Assembly: GCA_012295275.1 (NCBI GenBank)
Contig: CM022673.1
Span: forward strand, 14,012,001-14,076,000
Source of the DNA: Chrysomallon squamiferum
Lineage: Eukaryota > Animalia > Mollusca
DNA length: 64,000 nt
Direction of reading: 5' to 3'
In this document: one piece after another, positions 51,564 to 64,000 of the stretch
Layout of the letters: each line of letters begins with the position of its first letter
How positions within the stretch are numbered: the first letter of the stretch is position 1
Translations under genes and position numbers: made by a program
Notes under the pieces: generated by a model
Seen by the model: only the letters and a program-made list of their open reading frames with translations
Databases searched by the model: none
What the model was told of the DNA's origin: nothing

Positions 51564-52374
51564 TCGTACCTTGAGTTATGCGTTTAATTCGTTCCGTGAC
51601 GAGCTCGTAACTCAATTTGTTCGTATATCAAATCAATTATCCCAAATGAAATTAACTGAAATACCATTAATCCGTTCCAGTCCCCCCAAAATCACATCAG
51701 TTTTTTGTAACGTGTTTTTAAATAAGAAAAATATACGTATAAATGACAAATATTGTTAAAAAAAATATATACGTATAAATGACAAATAATGTAAAACAAA
51801 ACAAAAAAAAAATAATAATAATAAATAATAGTAAAGAAATAAATTGGTTTTGTAAAGTGTACAGGGTTAGGGTTTCTCCATCTTTTCATGGACAGAGGTC
51901 CGAGGTTTAGAAATTATTTTAACGCCTTTATCGACTCCTTCTGCTTCATTATGGTACATATCGTAACAGTACTACGCTCGTACTGCCTAGTCAAGTCGAC
52001 TACATGCACACCTCGTTCATGTTTTTCTATGATTTCATGCTTTAATTCAATGGACGTCACCCACTTCTTCTTCTCAGCACTGTCCTTTGCACTCACTTTC
52101 TTAGGATCCATGGAAATTTGGCAAGACACTGCTCAAAATGGGACCATAACACACAGAGATGCTTCCGCGGTGAGGTAACCACGTCAAGCAAACGAATGAG
52201 ACGCTGGATGCTGGGCGGATGTTGTGTTGTTCGTTGCGTCAACTAGCGGCGGCGTTTCTGAAGCTTGCTCGTAACTCTGATTTTGGCTCGCAACTCAAAG
52301 CAAAAAATTGCCCGGGCGACTGCTCATAACTCGGAAAACTTGTAAGTTGTAGCACTCGTAAGTCGATGTACCAC

Positions 52375-52430
<56 letters not shown>

Positions 52431-52787
52431 CACACACACATACACGCATATATATTATTTTATTGAAATTAACTTACCAACGCAGTTTGACTTGTTGGTG
52501 GGGGACACCTCGAAACCAATATTACATCTACACGTCGTTGTGTGGGAGTTGTAGTCAGTGGTGCAGTAGGCGTTTTTACCACATCCTGTCACCCTGCAGT
52601 TCTCTCCTCCTTCAGGGTCTTGTCCATATCCTAGAAAATTAAATAAATAATAAAAATAATAAATAAAAATAATCCACTTAAGAATCAAAAATACAAATGA
52701 GAAAAGATAAAATAAAATAAATAATAAGACTAGGAAAAAGCAACTAGAAAAAAAGGAAAAATCACTTGGAAATGGATTTATATTTTA

Positions 52788-52854
<67 letters not shown>

Positions 52855-52982
52855 GTAATAGTAATAATAATAACAATATTATTATTATTACTTCTACTAC
52901 TGCTATTACTACTACTACTACTGCTACTAGTACTACTACTTCTACCATTACAAATAATAATATTAATAGTAATTATAATAAT

Positions 52983-53038
<56 letters not shown>

Positions 53039-53212
53039 GAAGAAGAAGAAGAAGAAGGAGAGAATGAAGAAGAAGAAGAAATCGAAGAAGAAGAATATAA
53101 AGGGTAAACAAGAAGCTAAGGAAGAGCAATATAAAAATAAGCTACCTTGAGCCGATATTAAAACCACAGTGGAAAACACACACACAGCCAGTAGCTTCCA
53201 TCGAGAACTCAT
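47696..53212 (-). CDS. Secreted EGF + cbEGF-like protein with a ~390-aa Asn/Pro/Gln/Thr-rich, Trp-punctuated low-complexity tail (505 aa)
   Basis: Exons 53212-53146 (MSSRWKLLAVCVFSTVVLISAQ), 52630-52478 (GYGQDPEGGENCRVTGCGKNAYCTTDYNSHTTTCRCNIGFEVSPTNKSNCV), 49713-49591 (DIYECAHREVCQNGECINTIGGFRCRCYPGYTPAADQTFCL) and 48870-47696 (YSDWAPQQDPWNDFWGGLMGFGTQ...HPLLLYLIMQNIWQ*); all introns phase-1 GT-AG. Confidence 0.92.
51561..52376 (-). mobile_element. Internally deleted Tigger/pogo (Tc1-mariner superfamily) DNA transposon in intron 2
   Basis: Imperfect TIRs CAGTCGTACCTTGAGTTATGCG and (reverse complement) CAGTGGTACATCGACTTACGAG, flanked by TA. Retains the transposase N-terminus MDPKKVSAKDSAEKKKWVTSIELKHEIIEKHERGVHVVDLTRQYERSTVTICTIMKQKESIKA (CENP-B/psq-type HTH); no DDE domain. 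Confidence 0.9.
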
Positions 53213-55697
53213 CTTTAACTAGAAACCTGTAATAAAGTGTGCGCACTTTAAATATCACCGGCTTATTAATTACTTTTCACGTTACGAACAAACCGATGAA
53301 TCTACGGAAGACAGGAGACGTTCAACAAGAATGCGAGTGTGTAAATTTAATTATTACGTCTTGGAATTAGCGTTAGAATCTTGACACAAGTGGCAGGTCA
53401 TTTGTTAAGAGAGTTATCTCCCGTGAATCCATTATCGTCAGGGTGCTGGTTGCTTTTAGATTTATTCAAATGTACGTTAGTGACTTTCAGTACAAGAAAT
53501 GTGAGTCACCTGTTATTAATATGTGATGGTAACAGACACACAAACTCACACACAAAAATATACAGGAAAACTGACTTTTAAATAAAACATTTAAAAAGTG
53601 CAAGAACGGTTATAAAGTTACTGACATTTTATTTATTTATTTTATTTTTATTTATCTATCTTGTGCTGCAGATCTTTCATGGTTTTATATTCACTTAGAC
53701 ACAAACGCATTTATAAACATTGATACAGAATAAACAGCAATTGTTTATTTGTATTAAATTTTACAACTGCAACAAGTGTATTAACGAATGTTATTACTAT
53801 AATGATTAATTTTCTTTTGTTTCTTATTCTTTAAAATTGGTATCTAAGTATATGTAATAAATAGCTATATAGTTTATTTGAAAATACATAAGTATTGAAA
53901 TAAGAGAGAAACTATTAATATAAAAGAAAAAATGAAAATAAAATATATTCAAAATAATCCTAATATTGTTCTGAATGATAACTGAATTCTATAAAACAGT
54001 TATGAAAATAAAATAAATTCAAAATTGAAATGGATTCATGAGGTGTTCTGACATTTAAAAAAGTGAGATTAAAATATAAGTAACGAAGCAGATAGTTTAA
54101 AATATTTACAATAAACCGATGGTCACAAAGTAACAAGAAACAAACCTGAAACGACTTTTTGTAACGTGTTCTCCCAGCGAAACTCTGTGACAAAACGAAA
54201 AGTTAGTGCTGATTGGGACCGAGTCCAATAAAACACAAACCCGGAAGTCCTCACTCTTATGTGTCAGCCGGAGAGCGGGTCACGTGACGCGTATTATAAT
54301 AGTTCACGCAGACTTTGTAAAAATGAATGTTTTTTCGTTTTGTTTCCATCACTTCACGACGTCTGGAACATGAACGTTTGTCACCATTAATCTGAAACAT
54401 GAGCAAAATTTGCTCGTTCGTAACTGGCCACCTACATAAGTGAACTTTAAATCTTCTATTACTTTTTGACGTTTACTACGCGGTTGACGTCAAAAAATAA
54501 CACAGTGAATCACTCATGTTTCAGAGATTTTCTTATTGTTCTTCCACGCACATGATCATCTAGATAACACAAAGTTTTAAGAGTTTGATTCTGAAACACA
54601 CAAGTTATTTATTAACTACAAGGTTTCTGTTAGAAAAAGAAAATTGAAAAAAGTATACAGATCTTGTTAGATGTCTGCTTTGTATGATTTAGCTGAAATT
54701 AGAAAACATGAGTTCTTGTAGTTCAAACATGAGACTGAGTCAGTAATTATTTTACTTTCAACATTAACTGTTAGTCGTACTTTTCAAAGAATATCAAAAT
54801 TACACTGGTATAAAACATATTAATTTAGTATCTGTTAAAAAAGAAATAAAAGGCTAATAAGCATTTAGTATAATATATAGTTTTTAATTATCATTTAAAT
54901 TACATTAATGTTATTATTTATTTATTTATATACATATTTTTTGTGTTTTTTTGGGGGTGTTTGTTTGTTTGTTGCTGTTGTTGTTTTTATACCAAAAGAT
55001 TAATAACATTTTAATATAATGTATCATTTTTTGGTTTATAATGTAAATGTCATTATCATTTACCTCTTAAAAAGTTAATAAAAAAGATGAAAGGTTAATA
55101 TAAAATAAAAGGTTAATAACATTTTAATATAATGGACTTGAACGTACAAAAGGGACAACTGCAATACATTTAACAGCTGTCTGACAGCTGGAACGTGTAG
55201 AGAATATATAAATATTCTTTGAAATACTGAACATTACAGCTGCAAGTCAAAACGTTTTAGAAAGGACATTAAGATAAATTTAATAGGCGTGCAGGCATTC
55301 TTGGGGTTTAGAACACAAGGACGTTGACATGCGGTCAGCGGTGGTCATCTGGAACACCTTTCTGTGTCCTTACGCATCGTTGTGTGTTTCGTATATAAAA
55401 AATAAATCTTGGCTGGTGTCCGTTCGTCTGACGTACGTTACTCTCGTTTGTTAGTGGAGACGTGGACGCTAATGCCACTATTAGGAGGGCTCAAGTGAAA
55501 AAGAGTTAACTGTTTACATTTAGAGTTGTCTGCTCCTGGTCGTGTCGTCACGCCGTGTTTGTGGTAAAACGTGTAAATAGGAAATGTCACCGGAACTGAA
55601 CCTAAATCATTCTTACAGGAGAATAATGTTATTTGTTTGTTTGTTTATTTTTACTGTGTTAAGTCATGTGTATTTATTGCTGCTGTTACAGATGTGT

Positions 55698-55862
<165 letters not shown>

Positions 55863-56465
55863 ATTATATATATATATATACACACCCACACACACACCCC
55901 CCACACACACAATATATGATGAGAAAGAGACACAACAAGCTTGGAAGTAACCGAGATTTTTGCAACATTTTTGCTAGAGTACAGAAAAACAAATTACCCT
56001 CCCCCCCACACATACACCTATTGTCAGATTACTGTTCCATATTTTTTAATGTACTTAACTTTCATTTAAATAATTAGTTCCAAAAAATATAAAACTGAGC
56101 GTTTATTGCATGTACATTAATAGAGTCAGTGTAAAGGAAAAGACATAATTCAGATTTATACGAGGTTTACAAAACAGCTACAATTAATAACTATGTCGAA
56201 GCAGTGAGACAAAACCCATTAACAAACGTCTATTTCTGTAAGTGAAAATTTGCATGGACAATATAAAAATACTTTATGACATTAATAGTGTCTGTCATTT
56301 ATATAAGTAAACAGTATATAAAATATACCTAAAAAAGCGAACAAAAAAGAAAGCAATAAGGTAAGTTCCATACACACACACGCCTACGCACAGATGAAAT
56401 AAAAAATAATCTAACAACATAGTAATAATGAAGAAAAATGTATTTATTTAATAATAATAATAATA

Positions 56466-56496
<31 letters not shown>

Positions 56497-59478
56497 TAAA
56501 AAGGAAAAGACAAAAAAAAAAAAAAAAAAAAAAAAGAAAGGAAATAAAAAAATTAGAAACACCTGTAACTATATTTCGATATTTTTAGAACTTTTTCTTT
56601 TCGCACATAACTCTCAGAACAATGGTTGCTATGTACAACGCAGAAGTAATACATTTTATTTATCGTGACCTTATAATGAATACGAATCATTTACATCGCA
56701 TAATAATTCCACTGTGACGTCTCCGTTCACAAGACATATTAAATTAGACGTCTATGATTGGTACCAGTTTTTAGATGACATCCGACTGTAAATCTCCCCA
56801 GTGTGTGACAACAGTGACAGGTAGCCGTGTTTTCAGCCTGACTTGTCTATCTACGAGTGACTGTATTTCATCAAAAACTTCATCGGTTGTGTTAGTCACA
56901 GTTCAACAGCCCCCAGCTGTCTCTGGCTCGCTGTCATAAAAACTCGGTTTTGTACTGTTATTCAAACAATGCGCCTCACTGACTCATTCCCTGATTTGTA
57001 ATGATTAACGGTGAACTAAGAAATTTCATCGATATTCGTTTAGGCTTTTGTTACTGCTGTTATTATTACTACTACTATTACTATACTACGACTACTGCAA
57101 CTGTTATTACTACTACTACTGCTGCTGCTGCTACGACAGCTATCAATATTTTTATTGCTACTATTATTACTACTGCTACTACTATTACGTCTTCTACTAC
57201 TACTGCTGCTATTTTCACCACTATACTACTACTACTACTACTTCTTCTACTACTACTACTTCTACTACTACTACTACTACTTCTTCTACTACTACTACTA
57301 CTACTTCTTCTACTACTACTACTACTACTACGACGACGACGACTGTTACTAGTGTTACTTCTCTACTCCCTACTATTACTACCTTTTTTTTAGTAAAAAT
57401 TCTTTATAACAAGCTGTAGTATAAATGTAGTGTTATGATTTAAATATAAACAGGTATTAATTACCCTGTAGCTGGAGCTTTTGTTGTTGTTGTTGTTGTC
57501 GATGCTGTTGATACATTGCAGTGAATGCAATGATATACATGGATGATCCACTTAAAGAAAGTTGTAGAAAATATGTTTCTCAAATATTAACAGAAATTAC
57601 CAAATATTAAACCTAGACCCTTCATCGTGCGAACTCCTAATTAAGCAGTTAATTTGATATTAACACTGATAATCTGTTGGCAGTTATGTCCTGATTACGT
57701 ATGCCTTAATTTGTCTCAGAGTTACATTTTTGAGTGATATTCTACTTCAAGTCTTAAAAATAGCAGATTTATTGTCGAACGTTTTCTTCTTCTGTCACTG
57801 TACACACAGACATCTGATGACTTACTGTAGTTTATAGAGGAAGACCGCTTTATAAATAGGTAACATTCCTGAGTCAACACATAACTGAAATATGATTTAC
57901 ACAGGACGATGTTATTTAAAAATATCATCATTTTTTTTTTTTATGTTCCAAAATACTTTGTTTAAAGATGAAAGACACACTTTACATTAAACTATGATTT
58001 ACACAAAGAGATTGTTAAAATATGAAAGACAACTTTATATTAAACTATGATTAACACAAAGCAATTGTTTAAATAACGATCTACATAAACAGGTTGTTTA
58101 AATAATGATTTACATAAAGAGATTCTGATAACATATGAGATATTTTAGCTTACATTATTATTAGATCAATTACAAAAATATATATTTTAAAATGCATGAT
58201 GATCAGGAGGGAGTCGTTTAACATGCAATAAGATTTAGATCATATTACATTAAATTACAATTTACACTAACAACGTATTATGAAAAAAAAATAAAACTCA
58301 GTTTTTGCTAAATTACCAGTAAAACCAGGAATTTTTATTATTATTATTTTTTTAATTTTTTTTTTTTTAATTTAATTCATACTTTACTGAAATATTAAGA
58401 CACTTTTTAAAACTAATATTATGTTAAACTATAAAAATGTTGTTTAAAACTAAAATATACTTTACTAATCGATCAAGAAATTGTTCACAAAGGTATTATA
58501 TATTTTACTGAACTATGACGAAATTGTTTACAAAAGTAATATATACTTTACATAAACAGTGAAGCAATTATGACTTATATTTTTGGTTTTACTAACAATG
58601 ATTTAAACCAGGAAATCATTGTGTGAAAATACAGAAGCTGTAAGTGGTTGAATTCACTAAATTAGGATATACCTTGCAGCATGATACAGTTGTGCATTGT
58701 AGACAGTATTGTTCAATTAACCCACGTTAATGCCCAATCATAAGAACGTTATAGAGGAAATTTATTTCTTCGATTCTCCGTTGACAGAAACTTTAAGATT
58801 CATCTAATAAATTATTTACGTATAATTAGAACTCAGGGTTCTTCGTCGTAATGAAAATATGAATGAAATGAATTTTACACACACAGAGTACATCAAAACT
58901 GACAATGTGAAGATTAGTCATCGTTTTATTAAAAATAGTTTAAAACAAAAACATTTTTCAGTTTTGCTGAAGAGAACAATAATGTGAATACAATAAAATT
59001 GCTGTACAGAGAGTAATTTATATACAAACATTTGTTATTATTTAAAGAGTGTAATATGATATTTTTGTGGTCATTTAATAAATACAACATTTCTATATAA
59101 ACAGTGTTTATTTAACGTTCATGGTGTCTTGAAGAATGATGGATTGTAGGATCAATCCACTGCGATGTCCCGGTAGGCTATTTCCAGTTCCACTTACTAT
59201 GTTAAATTTCGCTCGTCGCTAAGAATTGCCCATTGAGTTAAAGTATCGAATTCCTTCTATATCATAACAACAGAGACACACAAATGTTTAACTTTCTCAA
59301 ATATTAAGTATATATTATTTTATCCTCTTCTGTGGTGTATTTAATATTGACTTTTGTAATGAATATATATATATATATAGAAATTAAAATAATAAAAACA
59401 GAATCTTTAAACAAAGTTGATAATTTAATCATTAAGACAGTGAAAGAACTTGGGACGGACGGATGTGCTGACAGAGTT

Positions 59479-61079
59479 CTACATACTAAACATTTCAAAC
59501 ATCGGCTTCATCATCCGACATTGCATCTGTTGTCCTAGTCTGTGTAACAAAATAAACAACATCTGTAGTTAACATATATATTATACCAATAAACATACAG
59601 ACACATGCACATACATACACATATGTTTTCTTTAAGACATTGTCAAACAACAAATATTACTGTCTATAAAAAAAAAAATCTTTAAACAGATATCATTTAA
59701 ATTTGATTGAAATACTACTGACTTTAACATACGAATAAAAACAATTTAAACCTGACGTAAACACTACCGACGTATATAAAATACGTCTACAATACACAAA
59801 TAAACACCATTTGAACCTGACTAAAGTACTACTGACTGACTGGCGTATTTTAACGTATAATGTAAATATGTTGATACTTACATGCCTGCAATTCCTCCCA
59901 TGCCTCCCATGCCTCTCATGCCTCCCATACCTCCCATGCCTCCCATACCCCCCATGCCGCCCATACCAGGCATGCCTCCCATACCTGCCATGCCGCCCAG
60001 TCCACCCTGGAAGCCTCCCAGTCCTCCTGGAATACCGCCTGCCATGCCTGCCATGCCCCCGGGAATACCGCCACCGCCCGCCGCTGGAGCTGCTGATGAA
60101 ACGAGAATCTTCCTTTATCTGACTTACTCATAGACGTTCTAATATACGTTACTTTTAAATACGTTACCTCCGACGACTCAAGTGTAAATACGATACGTAT
60201 TTTTAACGAATCAAAATTAAATACGTTACTTTTAACGAATCACGTTTAAAACGTTACTTTTAACGAATCAAGTTTGAATACGTTGCTTTTAAAGCATTAA
60301 GTTCAAACAGGTTAAGTTTTAAAGCATTAAGTTTAAACAGGTTAATTTTTAAAGCATTATTTTCACTATAATTGCTTTTAATTTATCATGTTTAAATACG
60401 TTACCTTTTAATCACTGTTCTTAAATGTGTTACGTGCAATGAATTTCAATTAAATATGTTACTTTTAAACAAATTAAACTACACGGAAGTTATTTCAATG
60501 TGAATGCATTATTTTTAAATACGTTACATTTAAATAGGTTAAATTTTGTAATTGGGCTAGATTTGAATTTACTACATACAGGTACGAAGGATTTAGATAT
60601 GTTATATAGAACGTTTAAATTTGTTATATAACGTTTAAATATTTTACATAGCATTTAAATATGTTAGGTTTTAATACATTTCGTTTAATTAAATAATATT
60701 ACATAGACATTCGTTCATTACTAATATATTATGTTTAAATACGTTAGATTTAAATAAAATTCATTACACAGAAATTCGTTTTGTTTTAATTACTTCATAA
60801 ACAGTTACACTGAAACTATTATCTATTCCTATACCATTTCTTTCTTGATCGAATTACACAGAAAATCTTAACAGCTATTTAACAACATGCAGTCAAATTA
60901 AGAAACACAACATCTCATTGCCAGACTGGAAATGGAAATACGTTTTATAATAATGAAACACTATTATTTAAAGACAAAATGAATTACTACAGATAAATGG
61001 AAGATAAGTACTTACTTTGTGCCGAGGTTACGGAGACGAGAACGAAGGCTGAGAAAACAGTAAGAACGACGTTGTACAT
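59479..61079 (-). CDS. Small secreted Gly/Met-repeat protein (111 aa)
   Basis: Exons 61079-61016 (MYNVVLTVFSAFVLVSVTSAQ), 60092-59882 (TAPAAGGGGIPGGMAGMAGGIPGGLGGFQGGLGGMAGMGGMPGMGGMGGMGGMGGMGGMRGMGGMGGIAG) and 59539-59479 (ILGQQMQCRMMKPMFEMFSM*); phases 1 and 2, both donors gtaagt. Confidence 0.88.
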
Positions 61080-61143
61080 GTTGTCACTGAAGATTTTAGA
61101 CCACGATGGTTAGTTCTGAATTACATTTCAGTTCGTTCATCAT

Positions 61144-61150
61144 ATTTATA
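61144..61150 (-). promoter_or_regulatory. TATA box of the Gly/Met-repeat gene
   Basis: TGTATAAATATG on the minus strand 65 bp upstream of the ATG. Confidence 0.55.
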
Positions 61151-61769
61151 CATTCCCAAATTTTTTATAATCCTAGTATTTGATCTATTGGTCAGGTATG
61201 CGTTTTATGAGATTCCTTCTTCCTGCCACGTTGATAAAACAAAATTAAAAAAAATAGCTGACCGCTGTGGCATTGAACCTTCGATTGGTCATTGTTTTAG
61301 CTAAAACGGATAGAAGAAATTATTGGTAGGAGAATGACCACCGGTCAGTGACAGTAATGATTTAAAATGCCAAAGTATTTGTTATTATACAAGTCATTAT
61401 ATAAGTATATATTATTCATTATTAGCAAATTCAAAACACACGAACATTTCCTCTGTTTAAAATGTTGAAATTAAAATTTTAACAAACAGAATTGTAAATG
61501 TGTATTTGTTTTTAATTTTATGATATATATTATATTTTATGAATACTTATTTTGATTTCTATACTGATTTTATATGAAATACTTTTGTTGCTATTTGATG
61601 GTTTGAAAAATCAAAGTATATTTTTTTTCATAACATAGAGTTCATCAATACACTTAAATTAAATATATTTATGATTAATTCTTTGAATTATTTTTATCAT
61701 CCAAAGTATCATAATAAGAAATACTAAATAAAGTTTTTTTATTATTAATTTCTACTAATCTAATAAATT

Positions 61770-62010
61770 AGTAATATCTTTATACTATCTAATACGTTAG
61801 TAAAATCTTAATATCGTCTAATACATTAGTAAAATTAATAAAAAATGAATGCCAGATGATAGGTTAGTAAAATATTATTGTCATATAATACGTTAGTAAA
61901 ATATTAATTTCACATAACACGTTTGCAAAATATTAATTTTAGTATAATTCGTTAATAAAATCTTAATTTTGTCTAATACATTAGTAAGATAATAATGACT
62001 ACATTAGTAT
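61770..62010. repeat. Degenerate ~23-33 bp AT-rich tandem repeat
   Basis: Recurrent taatacgttagtaaaatattaat-like units. Confidence 0.65.
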
Positions 62011-63129
62011 AATGTAAAAGGCTTGTAATACGTTCCTAAAATCTATGCAGTGTATGTAATACGCATACCTAAAATCAAAATGTGTATAATATGTTTGTAG
62101 AATAAAACGGTTATATGAGATGACTGCACAATTTAAATGTTATGTAATTCGAAAGTGAACCCCTGTCATATTATTTTGCATTTATATTTCATATATAAAT
62201 GTATGTGAATAATCTGTGCATGTTTGTATTTGCGTGCATGGATGTACCACAGATGAATCTAAAAAACACCTAATACAAATACTGAGTTTAAATGACAGCT
62301 GCCAGTTTCTACAGTTTATTTCACAGTTTATACCGTTTAAATATAGCTTGAGTTATATATGTAATATAAATAATTGCGTGCAGTACGAAACATACAGTTA
62401 TTTAATGAACAGAAGGTAGATATACTTGTTACGGATTCTTTATACTCATTAATGTTTATTTTTTAATAGTCAGTTACTGTAAAATAATGGTTTAAGTTAT
62501 TCTTTAAAGCAAATATTGTAACTAAAATTACATTCTGTTGTCAAATACAGTGGGACCACAGTTAATTTGCTGATTTACTTATTGATATTTTTACATCACA
62601 TAATACTGAAGGTTACGGAGCTGCTGTTCTCAACGGTGTTGTAAATCTGTTTGAGTTATTAGCGCAGACGTGTCTGACGTCTTATTTAATCCACATCGTC
62701 ACCTTGTTATCGTTTCATTACTGTCAACAGCTACATAGCTCTCTGTTTCGTAGACATTCCAGTGTTTCATTACCATAATTATAAATAATAAACACATAAT
62801 CAGCTTTGTACTAGTCATTTAGAAAGACTTAAACAGGCATAAATACACACACGTACAGATACATAAATATATGCATAAAGACATACGTATACACATACAG
62901 AGAATATGCATATATACATACATATATATAAACACATATACATATATACAAATAAGCGTATACGCATAGAATGACTGAAAGACAGAGATAGATAAATGCA
63001 TCTAAATACATAGATGGATATACTGATAGACAGAAGATCGATAACTATATAGACAGGCACACACATACACACAGATGTGCCGATATATATATATACAAAC
63101 ACATATATGTATATATGTATGTATATATG

Positions 63130-63215
<86 letters not shown>

Positions 63216-63760
63216 GAATTTTATTTTATTTTATTTTTGTTTGTTTATTTGTTATTTATTTATTTATTTATTTATTTATGTATTTATGTATTTATGTATT
63301 TATGTATGTATTTATGTATTTATGTATGTATGTATGTATGTATGTATGTATGTATGTATGTATGTATGTATGTATGTATGTATGTATGTATGTATGTATT
63401 TTACTAAGACACATTCTGCTGTGTATCATTTTGTCACTGCAGATTAGAATTCACCTTAGACGGATAAATAAATACCAAACTGATCTCCGAGCTGTCACTT
63501 TTCTTTGAACACTGACCAGACCTTTGAAATGGACAGTGAAAACTATTCGCCACACCCTGGTCACTAACCAAATCCATGGTCATCTGTGGTCAAAACGGAT
63601 GAAAATATTTTAGGTTTCTGTCACTCTAATCAATGCAGGCATGAAATAGAGCGAAATGAGATAAAAAAAGAGAAAAATGTGTAAAATGTCAAATCAATGC
63701 AGGACAATAATTGACTCTGTGTGTGACCGATAGAACAGTCGTATTGACTCGTTGTGTTGG

Positions 63761-63766
63761 TATAAA
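63761..63766 (+). promoter_or_regulatory. TATA box of the divergent secreted-protein gene
   Basis: GTATAAATT 45 bp upstream of caacATG at 63806. Confidence 0.6.
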
Positions 63767-63805
63767 TTGCACTGACTCCGAGAACACGTTTCAAAACACA
63801 TCAAC

Positions 63806-63869
63806 ATGAACAAGTCACTTTTTGTTCTCGTTCTAACCGTTCTCTCGATTTCCACTGTCATGTCACAGG
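63806..63869 (+). CDS. First (signal-peptide) exon of another secreted protein; gene continues beyond the window
   Basis: MNKSLFVLVLTVLSISTVMSQ+G|gtaagt; 64 nt, phase 1, caacATG context, same length as the signal exons at 23796 and 61079. Confidence 0.8.
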
Positions 63870-64000
63870 GTAAGTTTTTTCATAATATATAATATATTTT
63901 GGTGAATGTGTATACACTTATAGGTTTGTATATATCCATGTATGTATATGTCTCTATCTGTGTATATATGTATGTGTGTATATATCTATGTATGCATATA

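Noticed and set aside
55280-55510. GC-richer island ending gtgaaaaagagttaa, possibly a TTAA-type transposon end
   Set aside because: No matching opposite terminus or coding remnant identified.
59882-60133. + strand Pro/Met-rich ORF (MPAIPPMPPMP...)
   Set aside because: Antisense shadow of the Gly/Met exon; splice sites, signal exon and TATA box all support the minus strand.

Overview
AT-rich, microsatellite-laden animal genomic DNA with spliceosomal GT-AG introns. The protein types suggest a mollusc, probably a gastropod, but that is inference. Most ORF-track entries are microsatellite translations; the real genes appear only after splicing by hand. The window opens with the 3' part of a + strand gene encoding tandem Nab2/ZC3H14-type CCCH zinc fingers (about 1825-3810). 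The remaining ~58 kb is a dense cluster of small secreted proteins assembled almost entirely from phase-1 exon modules. (i) One signal-peptide exon apparently serves two paralogous Met/Gly-rich terminal exons (5962-13330). (ii) Four tandem 4.4-4.7 kb copies of a 4-exon gene encode signal peptide + EGF + calcium-binding EGF carrying RGD + a (GGM)n tail (22354-37638). (iii) A diverged EGF-cbEGF-Met-tail paralog has a microexon-split EGF (40504-42883). (iv) An EGF-cbEGF gene has a ~390-aa Asn/Pro/Gln tail with recurring D-P-W-N-like motifs (47696-53212) and a Tigger/pogo remnant in one intron. (v) A Gly/Met-repeat gene lies at 59479-61079. (vi) The first exon of a divergently transcribed secreted protein lies at 63806-63869. 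The complete members end in a short hydrophobic, mostly Met-rich segment. The best candidate for an undescribed system is this methionine-rich secreted biomaterial cluster (shell, scale, mucus or adhesive matrix). Its function is inferred, not shown.
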